64,000 bases of DNA from Podarcis melisellensis (taxonomy: Eukaryota). The stretch is from NCBI GenBank assembly GCA_964234715.1, contig OZ174286.1, one strand, 5' to 3'. The position numbers and the translations under genes are program-made. Positions 63,309-64,000 of this stretch are shown piece after piece. How positions within the stretch are numbered: position 1 is the first letter of the stretch; every line of letters starts with the position of its first letter. The notes under the pieces are model-generated. The model was not told where the DNA came from, did no database searches, and saw only the letters and a list, made by a program, of their open reading frames with translations.

Positions 63309-64000
63309 CTCCACGTAAACATGCGGCCGGGGAAAGTGACGTCCGCGCCGCCGCCGCCTCCTTCTCCGCCTCCTCCTTCCCACCGAGCTGCCAGAAAGCG
63401 ACCCCCTGGAGGGAGTTGCTTCTCCCGCGGCGTCGCGCGTCCCAAGGCGGGAGGTGGTTGCCATAGTGCAGGCTTCCCGACTCTTGGCCCTTTCGCAAGC
63501 CGTTAGGGTTTTAAGGCGGGCTTTCTTTCTGAGTTAAAGAGCTCAGTTCCGCGGAAGCGACTGGTTGGAAGCTGCCGCTCGGACACCTGTTGGATCTTGA
63601 AGATGTGGGCGCCTCTGGACATGCACAGAGTGTGTGGAACGCGCCGCCGCCCCCGATCCACAGCTGTGGCGCAGCACGTCCAGGCTAAAGGGTGTGACTT
63701 GCAAGCCAGACTAAAACGAGAAAGGTGCCCTGTTGCAAAGGAGAAACATGGCTCCTGCCTCTTTAACCTTTGTGCAGTTGAGGGAAATTTGGTAGATGTA
63801 GCTGAAATTCCCTCTTCTACGCAGCTGTTAAAACTAGTGGAGACTTGTCATTTTAGTCTGGGCGGAGGCCATCACGCATTTTTAGAAATCAAGCATAGGG
63901 GTTACTCTTAAGTGATGGACAAAATCTGCCAGCTCTGGTTTCTCAGTTTCTCATTTTCCTAATCTGAAGTACAGTTCTCCACATTTCCACATCAGTTTGG

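Larger units (their letters stand above)
62750..63700. promoter_or_regulatory. CpG island / AKAP9 promoter and 5' UTR
   Basis: Abrupt GC- and CpG-rich block around exon 1; YY1 consensus CCGCCATCTT at 63296-63305; CRE-like GTGACGTC near 63336-63343; partial X-box GTTGCCATAG near 63457. Confidence 0.85.

Noticed and set aside
62910-63911. Plus-strand ORFs at the CpG island (198 aa, 104 aa) as a divergent gene
   Set aside because: GC-rich stop-poor sequence with no recognisable protein; a divergent non-coding transcript cannot be excluded

Overview
Vertebrate genomic DNA, most likely from a lacertid lizard (inferred from Sauria-type SINEs, BovB and squamate MITE/Penelope repeats). Almost the whole window is the 5' half of AKAP9 (AKAP450/CG-NAP/Yotiao) on the minus strand. 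It runs from a CpG-island promoter and exon 1 (ATG at 63109) through 22 coding exons traced by hand. All have AG/GT boundaries and consistent phases, and together give 5562 nt = 1854 codons; the gene continues beyond the left edge. Introns hold many transposon relics. Main observations: (1) The 5' end of a young Ty3/gypsy (Tf1/sushi, PEG10-like) LTR retrotransposon lies sense to AKAP9. Its Gag ORF is missing from the ORF track, it has an 11-nt self-priming PBS plus a U5-leader stem, and it has a ~100-codon open frame inside the LTR. (2) Two candidate microexons (17 nt and 13/16 nt) after exon 3 keep frame only when both are included. (3) Two Penelope-type fragments carry hammerhead-ribozyme cores. 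(4) There is a near full-length AmnSINE1-like ancient SINE. (5) There is a ~460-bp intronic foldback. (6) A strong-context uORF sits in the 5' leader. Family names and comparisons with human AKAP9 come from recalled knowledge, not database searches. I found no evidence for a wholly new biological system; the best leads are unannotated features of known classes.
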